A stretch of 64,000 nt of DNA. It comes from Octopus vulgaris. Its lineage: Eukaryota. The stretch lies in assembly GCA_951406725.2 (NCBI GenBank), contig OX597826.1:11594001-11658000 (forward strand), given 5' to 3'. Of this stretch, positions 1 through 12,169 are shown piece by piece. The number at the start of each line of letters is the position of its first letter. The stretch's first letter is position 1. The translations under genes were made by a program, and so were the position numbers. The notes beneath the pieces were generated by a model that made no database searches, was not told the origin of the DNA, and worked only from the letters and a program-made list of their open reading frames with translations.

Positions 1-76
1 ATTTTTGTTATTTTTTATTTGCCCTGTCCGTGTGAGCTAACAATCGTACTGACTTTCATGGGAGACATGTATTTTT
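1..76 (+). mobile_element. Dispersed, slightly diverged fragment of the 533-bp hammerhead-carrying repeat (truncated by window edge)
   Basis: ATTTTTGTTATTTTTTATTTGCCCTGTCCGTGTGAGCTAACAATCGTACTGACTTTCATGGGAGACATGTATTTT matches ~29929-30003 with a few substitutions and is followed by (TA)n. Confidence 0.85.
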
Positions 77-80
77 GATT

Positions 81-113
<33 letters not shown>

Positions 114-120
114 TATATAT

Positions 121-726
121 ATTACAAGGAAAAATGCGGGCGCATCATTCATGTTAATATTCTTAAGTTATTACATCTGGAAAAGTACAGAAGATTTCAA
201 CAGTAGAATTTGTCTAATTCATAACCTGTAAAGGAAATTAAAAAGTTCTTACAATTAAAATTCTACTGCACTTAAAATATTGCAGCCGAGAATAACATTT
301 TAAAAATTTACAATGTTTTGTTAAAACAAAAATTCTAAAAACATTACTGGGTTTTTCCAAAAATAAACCCCTCCGATTTTAAACCTATGGGCTTATATTC
401 AGAAACTCTTTTCATATATAGCCCCAGTAAGTTATATTAATTTCAGAAAAAAAAATTTAATCAGAATTATTTAAGTCTGTATTTAAAACTATAGGCTTAG
501 TTTTGGAAAAAACAGTATTTTAAAAATTAAATAAAATAAAATAAATTTTTAAAAATTACAGTAGAATTCGCCTAATTTGTCATTCCTAGGAAAAAATTGA
601 AAGTGACGAATTAGGTGAAGTAACGAATTAACCAAAGACAGATAATTTTTTATGTGGAAGAATTGACTGAGCATATGGTTAATTTAAAACCATTTAATGA
701 CCGTTCTACTGCATTTATTATTATTA

Positions 727-757
<31 letters not shown>

Positions 758-1189
758 TGTAATGGGATTTCAACTCAAGTAAAAGAAAATCTTGTGCAAT
801 ATTATTTACAACTTCATATTTTATTGTTTGTACTTGATACAACTAAATAAAATGACTATTTTAATTGTATATTTCAGAAGATATGATTAAAAAATTATTT
901 TTGTGTTTAAATTTATTTTTGATTTATTTTTGTACCATGATTTAAATTATTTACTTGTTTTTAGATTCTCACAATAAATAAAATAAATTATCTCAAATTT
1001 ACCTAATATATTTCAATTTTTAAAATGCTATTCTCAGCTGCAATGGTTTAAGTATAGTAGAATTTTAATTCTAAGTACTTTTTAGAGGTGACGAATTAGG
1101 CAAATTCTTTTGTAGAAATCTTCTGTACTTTTCCAGGTGTAATAACTTAAGAATATTAACATGCATGCGTCTGCATTTTTCATTGTGAT
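121..1189. mobile_element. Foldback/MITE-like non-autonomous DNA element with ~185-bp imperfect terminal inverted repeats
   Basis: 121-305 is the reverse complement of ~1017-1189 (e.g. CATGTTAATATTCTTAAGTTATTACATCTGGAAAAGTACAGAAGATTTC vs GAAATCTTCTGTACTTTTCCAGGTGTAATAACTTAAGAATATTAACATG); internal sub-copies of the GAATTCGCCTAATT motif near 560-620; no coding signal. Confidence 0.7.
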
Positions 1190-1388
1190 CCTCTGTTTTC
1201 TTTCTGGCAATGCAATAAAACTAATAAATATTTGAATAAAATGAAACCTGCCTGTATATTTATTTCCTTTAGAATTAATAATGTTTTTAGAATAATGAGA
1301 AATGTAATTATGACATTTTTATATCGAAACAAAGTGCATAATAGGAACGCGCCATAAATGAAAGAGCAAAAATTCATTATGAAAAATA

Positions 1389-1762
1389 ATTTTCTATATA
1401 ATAATGAATATTAATGCAATGCTAATTTTATGATAAAATCAAGAAATAAATTAGCTATATCTATACATAGTAAGAAGAGCTAGCTATAAGAGGCATGAGT
1501 ATATATAAAAATCCAAAGAGAGCCAATGCATCCACCGTAAGGCAAGAGGGGCCACCTGCCCTTGTTATGGCAAAGTTAGTCGAAATTCATGTAAAAGGAA
1601 AATAATGCCTGCAATTCTGTTATTGTTCTTGTCAACTTGCCTAAAAATTAAAAAAAATTTGAATCCTGCGACTCTGAAAATCCAATCATACTATCTGAAA
1701 GCAAAAATCTTGTTAATTTACCCTAAGAAATAATAATCTAAATTCTGATACTCTTAATATTT
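1389..1762 (+). repeat. ~375-bp direct repeat, copy 1
   Basis: Colinear and highly similar to 2442-2817, from ATTTTCTATATAATAATGAATATTAATGC to CTTAATATTT. Confidence 0.9.
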
Positions 1763-1777
1763 AAATTTCATTTTTCT

Positions 1778-1963
1778 GGATTTGGTTTGCAAGATTCTTT
1801 ATATGAGTTCGTGTGTTGAAGCATATTCTGTTGTGTCTGGGGAGAGTCATTTTCTTTTTGTACCTTTTAATGTAACACACTCACCGGTAAAGTTTCCACT
1901 TATTAATTTTATTTTCCTAAAATTTTCGTTGCGTCTTGCAACCTTTTCAATAGTTTTGACTCT
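1778..1963 (+). repeat. ~190-bp interspersed repeat; inverted copy at ~6710-6900
   Basis: TTTGCAAGATTCTTTATATGAGTTCGTGTGTTGAAGCATATTCTG...CGTTGCGTCTTGCAACCTTTTCAATAG is the reverse complement of the 6710-6900 segment. Confidence 0.8.
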
Positions 1964-2441
1964 GTCCGTTATTTACACTCTTAATATTTAATATTTAAAA
2001 GCAAACAAAAAACGTGCTAAAACTTCAGAGGTTCTTACAACTTTGATCGTCGTTATGCTTTGCATTCGTTTGTTTAGTAAAAGTTCCACCTTATATAATG
2101 ATTTTGCTTTCATTTTGTGAGAGACAACTGTCATGCAGAAAATGCCAGCTTCCAAATCCTGTTTTCTGATTCGATGAACCTCAGTAACATTTTTCTGCAA
2201 TAAGTATGTATCTGTGTGTGACTGTTTATTTACGATGGACAGCGAAAAAGAGTCCACTTGTCATCAATTGTTGTCAACGTGCCCCCTCTCTCCTTAAAGC
2301 TACGTATTCGTCACATTCACCTTTGTTGTTCTTCGGGGGCCTTTTAAAAGTTACTTACGTGCATGTGTGTGCGTGTGTGTGTATTTACGAAAGTATGTAT
2401 GCAGCGTCGCGTGTATATCCCTGAATTCGGTTTCAGGCGTT

Positions 2442-2817
2442 ATTTTCTATATAATAATGAATATTAATGCAATGCTAATTTTATGATAAAATCAAAGAAA
2501 TAAATTAGCTATATCTATACATAGTAAGAAGAGCTAGCTATAAGAGGCATGAGAATATATAAAAATCCAAAGAGAGTCAATGCATCCACCGTAAGGCAAG
2601 AGGGGCCATCTGCCCTTGTTATGGCAAAGTTAGTCGAAATTCATGTAAAAGGAAATTAATGCCTGCAATTCAGCTATTGTTCTTGTCAACTTGCCTGAAA
2701 ATAAAAAAATAATCTGAATCGAGCTACTCTGAAAATTCAATCATACTATCTGAAAGCAAAAACCTTGTCAATTTACCCTAAGAAATAATAATCTAAATTC
2801 TGCTGCCCTTAATATTT
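2442..2817 (+). repeat. ~375-bp direct repeat, copy 2
   Basis: Colinear with 1389-1762, with scattered substitutions and small indels. Confidence 0.9.
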
Positions 2818-3219
2818 TACCGAAAAGCTAAAAGCAAAGTAGCATTGTGCATAAATGCAAACTTGTTACCAGTTCAAATATGTTTGAGGCATATTCGAAC
2901 CTGTAAAAAATATGTATAAGCACTATCAAAAAGGTGATAAAGAACTTCAATTGGAGGCGACAATGGCCCAGTCTAGAAGTGGACTCGCGAGTGAGGGAAT
3001 TTCAGAATATTATTCACACACGGAAGTGTGTGAATGATTTTTATTACAATACAGTGTATTCTATGAATATGAGGTATGTTTTTACAAGATACCTAAATAC
3101 TGAATCGAATCAAACATTTTGCAATGTTGCTTTCCGATTCTGGCAGAAGACCATCAGATCCGGAGAGGAGGGAAGTTGATTACATCGACTTCAGTGCTCA
3201 GCTGATACTCATTTTATAG

Positions 3220-3332
3220 AGTACACGTGTCTGTGGAGTGCTCAGCCACTTACACGTTAATTTCACGAGCAGGCTGTTCCGTTGATCGGATCAACCGGAA
3301 CCCTCGTCGTCGTAACCGACGGAGTGCTTCCA
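3220..3332 (+). mobile_element. Short GC-richer retroelement 3'-tail-like fragment
   Basis: GTGTCTGTGGAGTGCTCAGCCAC...GTTCCGTTGATCGGATCAACCGGAACCCTCGTCGTCGTAACCGACGGAGTGC contains two hairpins as expected of a LINE/SINE 3' recognition tail; family not verified. Confidence 0.4.
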
Positions 3333-3399
3333 TAAACAGATTCAATCAGTTCGAAGTGCCCCTTAACTAGATCGATATATATGTATATATATATATATA

Positions 3400-3571
3400 T
3401 ATGACACGCTTCCTTCAGTTTCCGTCTAACAAATCCATTCGCAATGCTTTGGTCAACTGTAGACCATAAAAGAAGACCCTTGCCCCAATGTGCCGCGCAG
3501 TTGGACCGAAAATGGAACATGTGGTTTGGGAAGCCAGTTTATTTTTTTTGCCACACAGCCACGCCTACGCC
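3400..3571 (-). mobile_element. SINE family A, 5' half
   Basis: Reverse complement of the GGCGTAGGxGTGGCTGTGTGG head and GACGGAAACTGAA segment. Confidence 0.75.
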
Positions 3572-3715
3572 TAAAAAATGGATAATTCGTTAATCGCGAC
3601 GACAAGCATAACATTCAGGGATTTGACCAACTGAGTAACTACTCAGAATTCCACAGACGCATCACCCATAAATTATATGAACGATTCAGATATAAAAAAA
3701 TAATAATTTCAGTAA

Positions 3716-4112
3716 GGCGTAGGAGTGGCTGTGTGGTAAGTAGCTTGCTTACCAACCACATGGTTCTGGGTTCAGTCCCACTGCGTGGAACCTTGAGCAA
3801 GTGTCTTCTACTATAGCCTCGGGCTGACCAATGCCTTGTGAGTGGATTTGGCTGACGGAAACTGAAAGAAGCCCGTCGTATATATGTATATATATGTGTG
3901 TGTGTGTGTGTGTCTGTGTTTCCCCCTCCCCACAATCGCTAGACAATCGATGCTGGTGTATTTACATCCCCGTAACTTAGCGGTTTGGCAAAAGAGACCG
4001 ATAGAATAAGTACTAGGCTTATAAAGAATAAGTCCTGATATCGATTTGCTCGAATAAAGGCGGTGCTCCAGCATGGCCACAGTCAACTGACTGAAACAAG
4101 TAAAAGAGTAAA
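3716..4112 (+). mobile_element. SINE family A (tRNA-like head, CORE-like CCTTGGGCAAGTG, internal (TA)/(TG) microsatellite, GTAAAAGA tail)
   Basis: A-box-like TGGCTGTGTGG, B-box-like GGTTCAGTCCC; many near-identical copies in the window; resembles described octopus tRNA-derived SINEs (exact family name not verified). Confidence 0.9.
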
Positions 4113-4296
4113 CCAAGATATAGTATATGGTATTTAATCCAGGAATGAACTTCTATTTCATTGATCGGCCCAAAAAGAATGAGAGGCAAAGTTAACCTCG
4201 GTAGGACTTGAACTCAGATTGTAGAGAGCCGGAGTGATCATCGCAAGGCTTTTGTATGAATGTTTCTTTCAATTCACTGATCTAAAAGCAATATTA

Positions 4297-4317
4297 TGTA
4301 TGTATGTATGTATGTAT

Positions 4318-4387
<70 letters not shown>

Positions 4388-4415
4388 AAGCAGCAGCAGC
4401 AGCAACAACAGTAGC
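4297..4415. repeat. (TATG)n + (GTA)n + (GCA)n compound microsatellite
   Basis: Read directly. Confidence 0.95.
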
Positions 4416-4966
4416 AGAACACTGATCCCTGGATCTTTTCCATTTAGCTGCCATCTTTCAGTTTCTTCAATTTCTGTTCCAGTTGATTTCATATTAGGTG
4501 TAATGATGTAGTTTAGTATACTAAATTAAGTTCATTTTAGCCATAAATTAACAAATAGAGAGTTAATGCCTTTTAAAGTATTTTTTTCTGTAGTTTCAGT
4601 TCAAAGCTGCGGCCATGCTGATGCACCGGCGTTTACAAATTTTGCGTAATTTTAGCCGATCGTAAGCTATAAAAACATTCATGCTCGTTTCCATAGTAAC
4701 AAATCAAGCTGTTACTAAGCTATTTAGTCAAGCTGTCATTTTTCGGTTATTAAATGGCTGTTGTGAGATGTGCTAAAACTAATAGCTAAATACTCCTTCA
4801 ATGACGCAACCCCAAATTTTTTCTTAGTTTTTGCATAATCGTCTGAATTCGCGTGTGTGGAATACAAATTAGCAAAAATTTTCTGAAAATTCCATAAGAT
4901 ATAATGTCATGAGGGGTTATATGGCTTAAGTAAAGCAGAATTCTGCCAATATTTTAATTGTTTGCT

Positions 4967-5128
4967 GGCGTAGGAGTGGCTGTGTGGTAAGAAGCTTGCT
5001 TACGAACCACATGGTTCCGGGTTCAGTCCCACTGCGTGGCACCTTGGGCAAGTATCTTCTACTATAGCCTCGGGCCGACCAAAGCCTTGTGAGTGGATTT
5101 CGTAGACGGAAACTGAAATAAGCCCGTC

Positions 5129-5173
<45 letters not shown>

Positions 5174-5207
5174 TATGTGTGTGTGTGCGTGTGTGTGTAT
5201 GTGTGTG

Positions 5208-5242
<35 letters not shown>

Positions 5243-5440
5243 TTGTCCCCCCAACATCGCTTGACAACCGATGGTGGTGTGTTTACGTCCCCGTAACTTA
5301 GCGGTTCGGCAAAAGAGACCGATAGAATAATTACTAGACTTACAAAAAAAAAATACGTCCTGGGGTCGATTTGCTCGACTAAAGGCAGTGTTCCAGCATG
5401 GCCACAGTCAAATGACTGAAACAAGCAAAAGAGTAAAGAG
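4967..5440 (+). mobile_element. SINE family A, full length
   Basis: Same head, core and tail as 3716-4112. Confidence 0.9.
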
Positions 5441-6231
5441 GGAAAAGCTAAACATCCTCCGAAATTCAGCGTGGAAAATTATACCAATACGCCGAATTTC
5501 AAAATTTTCACTAAACTTTTAAATTTCCACATGTGCAACCAAACAGAAAAGAAACGCACAACACTTTCTGGATACCCAGATATTAGAATATGTCATAGTA
5601 GTAGTAGTAGAAGTAGCAGCAGCACTGAATAAAAATACAACTCGTGTTTTTGTTGTAAACATTGAATATTCTTCCCTGATGTAAGACTAATTCCCATGGG
5701 TTTATTTTTGTTCTTCATTTCATCAGATGATAGCTTCTATTTGCAAATTATCGTATTCTTTCTTATGGTAATATTACATTATGGTTACCTTACATCACTT
5801 GTTTTATTATTGTTGCAACAAGCATATATATTGTTTCAGCTGCAAATAACACTCATCATTGTATGTTTTCCGTTATGCAGACAGGGATTAGACGGAGCTT
5901 ATTTTGCCATTAGGCTGTCGAATTACTTGATCAATCACTCATTCTAACTTTCCTACGTGACAAAAAGAATTGCTCTTTATCGACCATAGTGAAAAGAATG
6001 GTAAATTTGTACTTTATCAGTAAATTATATATATTAAGTGAAAGGTTTTGTATTTGTTAACTCTGCCCGCTACTCTACTTGAATGTTGGTCTACTCCAGC
6101 CAATTGGTGGTCATTTGACTCTAGGAATTTCTATTGTCGAATATAATTTGTACCCACCCCTGTAGGTATATATACATGTATGTGTAGACGACTCAGTTGC
6201 GATGTTTAAATATAAAACTGAATAACCATGT

Positions 6232-6632
6232 AGGCGCAGGCGTGGTTGGATGGTAAGAAGGTTGCTTCCCAGCTACATGATTCCCGGTTCAGTCCTTCTA
6301 CGAGGCACCTTCTTCTATAGCTTCGGGCCGGCCAAAGCTTTGCGAGCGGATCTGATAGACGGAAACTGAACGAATCCCGTTGTATATCGATGTGTGTGTG
6401 TGTGTGCGTGTGTGTGCCTTTGAGTCTGTGTTTGTCCCCCCACCCACCGCTTAACAACCGGTATAGGTGTGTTTATATCCCCGTAACTTAGCGGTTCGGC
6501 AAAGAGAGTGATACAATAAGCACCAGGTTGCAGAAAAAAAACAAAAGCACTGGGGCCGATTCATTCGACTAAAAATTCTTCAAGGCGGTGCCCCTGGATG
6601 GCCGTAGCTTAATGACTAAAATAAGTGAAAGA
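6232..6632 (+). mobile_element. SINE family A, older diverged copy
   Basis: GGCGCAGGCGTGGTTGGATGGTAAGAAG head; CCCCGTAACTTAGCGGTTCGGCAAA; GGCGGTGCCCC..ATGGCCG tail. Confidence 0.85.
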
Positions 6633-7685
6633 CTAGTATCGATCTACTCATCTTCGGGCTCAGCATGCTTCCACTCTACTCAGAGTATTTTTAAGTAAAT
6701 GTATAATGGAGTCAAGACTATTGAAAAGGTTGCAAGACGCAACGAATATTTTAGGAAAAGAAAAATAAGGAATAAGTGGAAATTTTACCGGTGAGTGTGT
6801 TAAATTATAAGGCACAAAAAGAAAATGACTCTCCCCAGACTCTCAAACAGAATATGCTTCAACACACGAACTCACATAAAGAATCTTGCAAACAAAATCC
6901 CAAAACGAAATATAATGGATTATTTCCTTTATTGTCTGTTTTCGGTCTCATTACTTCTATTACATCATCCACCTTATGTTATTTCTTTATTTCTATGCTT
7001 TGGACTCTTTCAAATGAACAAAGCATAGCAACAACACAAGGCATGCAACATTGCGAGGTTAATTTACTTGCTGAAAGGTGACATTTCACTCTGCCAATAT
7101 TCCGAGAGTCACATTTGACAAAATCACATACATAGATCTATGAGTTGCAAATGTGTTTTGGGCGTCTACTCATTTGTCATTTTCAGATCAACCAGGAGCC
7201 AACCAATTGCATAAATGTCTCCCCAGTGCAGCACAGCAAACAGGCTTGCTAGTCTTGTTACTATTTGGCCGGTCACATGTCACTTTCTTGACTGCAGATG
7301 TGTTCATAATAATTTACATTGACAAATCATTTCAAATTTTGAAAATAGTAAGGTTTAGCAGTCTTAAAACATATTACATTACGAAATATATTTCACAGAA
7401 TTTCCCCAAACTAGAAACCTTTAATTAACTAATATCCTGGCCTAACAAAATTATCCATGAAGAATCAATCTAGCAATACATGCGATCACCATAAACGTCT
7501 ACGCACGAACCTCAAATCATGTTCATCCTTACGAGATAGAAAAGCAACTCAACTAATGAAACCCTAAGATATAAAAGGTTCATAAACAAGCATATCGAAC
7601 GTACATTTCCATCTTCAGCTGCCTAATGGGTGTCACTTGTATTAGGTCAGGAAGAGAAAGCAATTCCCATGATCCTTCATAGTTT

Positions 7686-7883
7686 TAGCACCTCGGCCGA
7701 AATGCGTAGCCGTATTTCGTCTGTCGTTACGTTCTGAGTTCAGATTCCGCCGAGGTTGACTTTGCCTTTCATCCCTTCGGGGTCGATAAATTAAGTACCA
7801 GTAATGCACTGGGGTCGATGTAATTGACTTAATCCGTTTGTTTGTCCCATCTATGTTTAGCTCTTTGTGGGTAATAAAGAAAC
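7686..7883 (+). mobile_element. SINE family B (tRNA-like head, Nin/Deu-like GCCTTTCATCC..GGGGTCGATAAA..AGTACCAG domain), 5'-truncated
   Basis: GAGTTCAGATTCCGCCGAGG B-box region and a conserved body shared with more than ten copies. Confidence 0.9.
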
Positions 7884-7884
7884 A

Positions 7885-8025
7885 TATTGATGGGAAGAAG
7901 TACGGAAATCCAGAGATCGGTCCAGATGCTATCAACAAAACGAACTTCGCTAAAAGTACAAGCGGACCAACCGTTAATGTTGAAAGAAGGTGACTGAGTA
8001 AGTCTACTCTCCAAGTTTACCACCG
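7885..8025 (-). pseudogene. Possible GPCR ECL2-TM5 remnant between two SINE B pieces
   Basis: Translates as ...NGWSACTFSEVRFVDSIWTDLWISVLLPIN (Cys followed by a hydrophobic helix with Pro); by-eye similarity only. Confidence 0.3.
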
Positions 8026-9219
8026 ACCTGAAAGGTGACTTCGATCTCAGTGGGATTTGAGTTTATAGAGCAGACAGTAGGAACAAATAGTACTAGGTAT
8101 TTTGCCCTACGCTTTTCGTTTCACAACTACATGGTTCAAGTTTCGTTCCCACTGCTCAACACTTCGGGCAAGTATCCCATACATTGAAAACCTCGATATA
8201 TCAGATCAGCTGATCAACTATAAAACAGTCAACAGGTGGGCCATGTTCCTATTACAACCGACTCCATTCTAAACGACAGTCAATTGGCAAAATGCTGTTA
8301 TTACTGTTCATTTAACCCCAAATCTTGACAGCCGTGAGAATCACGTCTTTATCCATGATTTTATTTAGGGTATAATGCATCTAATACTGCATTATTCAAT
8401 GCGCTTTTCCCGTTGTTCATGAAGCACTATTGTTGTTTTGTAGCATATGAGTAAAATTATAATTAAAACACGTTCCAACCGTGGACATTCCATCTTTTAC
8501 TCAAACTGGGTGTCAGAGAGTACATTGTACAATGCATTATTCCTCCATTCTTTAAGGCGTTGATATTATTTGAAGGGTATTTGGATGCTTCAGCTTCTTG
8601 TAGCAAGTCGATAGACCATCTAAAACCTCTTTCATTGGTTTAAAACGTTAGCATTTGGATTTGAAAGAAATTTCGCGGCTGTTTTCAGTAGGCCGAGCTA
8701 TTACGCAAGGTATTCTATTCCCGTGGTCTCAGATTCCAAAAGACTGGACGCAATTCCGTGGTAACACACCAAGGCGTTTTAATTCAGTGTATAAGTTTGG
8801 GTTCCGTAAACGCTATTAAATACTTTATCAAGAATCGTATTAATGGCATTGACACAGAATATTCGAAGACGATGGATTCGCAGAATCGTTAAAATGTCCA
8901 ACATATATCTGATGATAGCTATTCCGGCCCTTTGTGTCCTGTGCTCAAGTACTGTCGAAACCAACTTTACCTTGGGGGTCCATAAATAAAGTACTTGTCA
9001 AATATTGTTGTGGGGTGGGGTGGTAAATATTTTATCTCTTTCTCAGAGAGTCGCGGAGCGTCATTCCCGATGCCAACTTTCTCCAAGAAATCGAGGAGAG
9101 TTAACTGATAATAATTGTGTCAATTAATGTTTAGTAAGAATGGGGAGGGAGAGGAAGGCATTCATTAAATTAATTTAAAAACTGGTGGGTGGTATACAAA
9201 TTATCAATTTAGTTGAGTA

Positions 9220-9404
9220 GGAATCATATTTGTTGTTGTGGAGGACCAGGTCAGCTCTAGGGAAATTGATCTGTAAAATGCAGGTAGTCGACCGAAAACT
9301 AAGTTTAGATATATAGTTTAGATATACGGAAGCAAAGTCCAAGGACAACACATGTAATATATCGTAAGGGTTGCGGTGACAGTCTGTACATGCTGTTCTC
9401 TCTT
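9220..9404 (-). pseudogene. Possible decayed GPCR TM6-TM7 remnant
   Basis: Frame reads KREQHVQTVTATLTIYYMCCPWTLLPYI*TIYLNLVFGRLPAFYRSISLELTWSSTTTN, resembling KRE..T....CW.LP[FY]...LxWxNSxxNP; in-frame stop. Confidence 0.35.
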
Positions 9405-10569
9405 CACAGTCATCAGTAGATTCTACCAGAAACCAATGTGAAGTTGGATAAAGTAGACTCAAACAGAACACCGTAGGTGACGTTCCTCTACATTTCTCAT
9501 TGGTGGTGTGCATATCAGCATAATATTTTGCGCTAATGCATCTACAGATGCATTTATTTTATTTTACTTTATTTTATTTTTGCTTGCTCGGATTAAGAGG
9601 GACAAACAGAATGGTGTGATTACAGTGTATTAGGATGAACGCACATGTAGCGACAGGGAGTCAGAGCATCCTTCCTCAGCAGTGGTAATGAAAAGAAAGG
9701 AAGAAATTAGTGTTTTTAACTATTTAGTGAGTGAGATGACTTTACAGCGGCAATTCGAACAAATTCACAAATTTTGTTGGTTAAACACTGATATTGTAGT
9801 ACCGCCAGAATAAATCGGAACTTGGTACTGTCATTCGAAATTACTCGAGATGATGCCAATGCAGTTTGCTTAATAGCATTTTCGCATGGAATGAAGCCAG
9901 ATCATGCACTTTCTTCACTGAAAGCTCATCGTTAATGGTATAAGGGACTCTTCACAAGCTGTTCACATTTATATCACAAATTATAAATCGGGGTGCTCAA
10001 ACATCTCCTAACTCAAATAATGTCAAGAAGTATTCTATCACAGAATAACTCACAACTTCAAAAACATACCAGCAATTCTAACGATCCCAATAAGACCAAT
10101 AACAAGCAGACTGTAGATTCTGTCATATCATATGTTTAACTTAAGGTTAGATATATGTTTAACTATGTATGTTGCTGCATATTGCGTTAGTTCGTCTAGC
10201 CACTGTGTATTTTCTGGTTGAACTTCCGCTTTGCAGCGACTTGCGCAGGTGACTTCCATCAGAGTCTCGAAGCAATGTGAGTGAAAGTTGGTGGGTTGTA
10301 ATGCTGCTTCGATTTAGGTGCACAGTTCCTGTTCTTGGATGGTAGACATAACCTGTGGTGTTTAATCCTTTACCATGGTTCCTTGAATACCTTTAACAGA
10401 GTCCACTCTGTTGCAAGAATTCATCCCATTGTTCTACCAGCATCAAAAATCATGATAATGATCACGGGCGCAGCCATTAAAATGAATAAGCCATTAAAAA
10501 TGAGTAAGCCATTAAAAATGAAACAAAAAAATAAATAAATATAAGTAAAGCATCAATGGTTGACTTGTT

Positions 10570-10842
10570 CACACGGCAATAGATATGCATGTGGTTAAGA
10601 AGCTCGCTTTGCAACGGCATGGTTTCAGGTTCAGTCCAATGTAGCACCTTGGACAATGCCTCCTACTATTGCCCTTGGCCTTCATTTGACGACAAGTGCT
10701 GGCTTCTTTACTTAACAGTTCGGCAAGAGATGCCGATAGAATGAGTATCAGGCTAAAAATAAGCACTAGGGTTCGATTTGTTCGACTAAACCCTTTAAGC
10801 GGTGCACCAGCATGACCGCAGTCCAGTGACTGAACCAAAAAA
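10570..10842 (+). mobile_element. SINE family A, diverged with internal deletion
   Basis: GGTTCAGTCC, GCACCTTGGACAA, GTTCGGCAAGAGA..CCGATAGAATGAGTA and GCGGTGCACCAGCATG motifs. Confidence 0.75.
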
Positions 10843-10859
10843 AGGACATGCATACATAC

Positions 10860-10878
10860 ATGTGTGTGTGTGTGTGCG

Positions 10879-10962
<84 letters not shown>

Positions 10963-11040
10963 CGTGTGTGTATGTGTGTGTGTGTATGTGTGCGTGTGTG
11001 TGTATGTGTGTGTGTGTGCGCGTGTGTGTGTGTGTGTGTG

Positions 11041-11124
<84 letters not shown>

Positions 11125-11161
11125 TGTGTGCGCGTGCGCGCGCGCGTGTGTGTGTGTGTGC

Positions 11162-11217
<56 letters not shown>

Positions 11218-11227
11218 GTGTGTATGT
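10860..11227. repeat. Long (TG)n/(CG)n microsatellite
   Basis: Read directly; lies in the first intron of the GPCR exon. Confidence 0.95.
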
Positions 11228-11252
11228 AAAATCATATAAAACCGTTACTTAC

Positions 11253-11597
11253 CTGAAATGCGATATCAAAGCCAACCAGTACGGTGTAATAAACCTTACA
11301 GAAAGCAACTCCAATGTTCCACCGGAAGTAATAGAGATGAGCAAACACCAAGTGTCCGAATATACCCCAGAGAGAACTACTGATGCAGATGTTCAATAAC
11401 AGTTTATCTAAGGGTCTAGTGTCTCCCTTCTTTATCTTTCGAAGAAGTACAACGACGAGGAGTAGGTTGGGCAACAGCACTGTAAGGCTAATAGTAATAT
11501 ATAGTAAGTAAAAATAGAGTTCTTGCTGGTATTTCGATGATTTGTAGGTTCGGTAGAAATTGCGTAGTCCGTAGATGGTGTAGTCGTACAATTCCAT
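11253..11597 (-). CDS. First coding exon (115 codons) of a class A (rhodopsin-like) GPCR: N-terminus, TM1, TM2, ECL1, first half of TM3
   Basis: Non-repetitive ORF MELYDY...; TM1 YFYLLYITISLTVLLPNLLLVVVLL (N1.50), TM2 LLLNICISSSLWG, ECL1/TM3 FRWNIGVAFCKVY (WxxG...CK); ATG in ATCATGG context; phase-0 donor CAG|GTAAGT at 11252-11247. Confidence 0.8.
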
Positions 11598-11687
11598 GAT
11601 TTAGTACTTTGGAAAGAGAAAGAAATAAAATATAGGTAAGAGAATAATACATAGGTGTAGAAACAACAACGACAAAGAAACGAACAT

Positions 11688-11788
11688 AAGTCCACCTCGA
11701 CGGAATCTGAACTCAGAACGTAAAGGCAGACGAAATCCCAAGGAGTATTTTGCTCGGCGCGGTAACGATTCTGCCAGCTCGCCGCCTT
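11688..11788 (-). mobile_element. SINE family B, 5' part
   Basis: Reverse complement of the GGCGGCGAGCTGGCAGAATCGTTA head and GAGTTCAGATTCC. Confidence 0.8.
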
Positions 11789-12169
11789 AGAACACAAGTA
11801 CTAATGCGTAACATATACATACAGTCATAATGTACTGGACGTTGTTGTCGTTTGGTTACTACAACCGATATTGAAGATTGTTGTGCTTTGATTTAATTAG
11901 ATATTTCAAATCAACCAGCTCAGCACCAGTAAATTGCGGAGAGCTATCACTTCTGAAATTGAGTGACATTTCTTGTAGGTTATGCATAAACCAGCGTTCA
12001 GTATACAAACCATTATAGAGAATTCAGTCCCTAGGCCTTTATTCTAATTATTCAAACCCTTAGTGTTACCCTCTTCCTGGGTTATTTCTCTTAGCTTTCT
12101 TTTATTATGAATTATTCAAATGAATATTGGCCTAATATATTTGTATTATTCCTTATACAATTCTGATTG

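Noticed and set aside
2934-3179. 81-aa ORF with faint transposase-like resemblance (KCVND)
   Set aside because: No diagnostic motif set
9380-9420. CTGATGA on the minus strand with a CTGT/ACAG stem as a hammerhead
   Set aside because: No GAAA after stem II and no stem III
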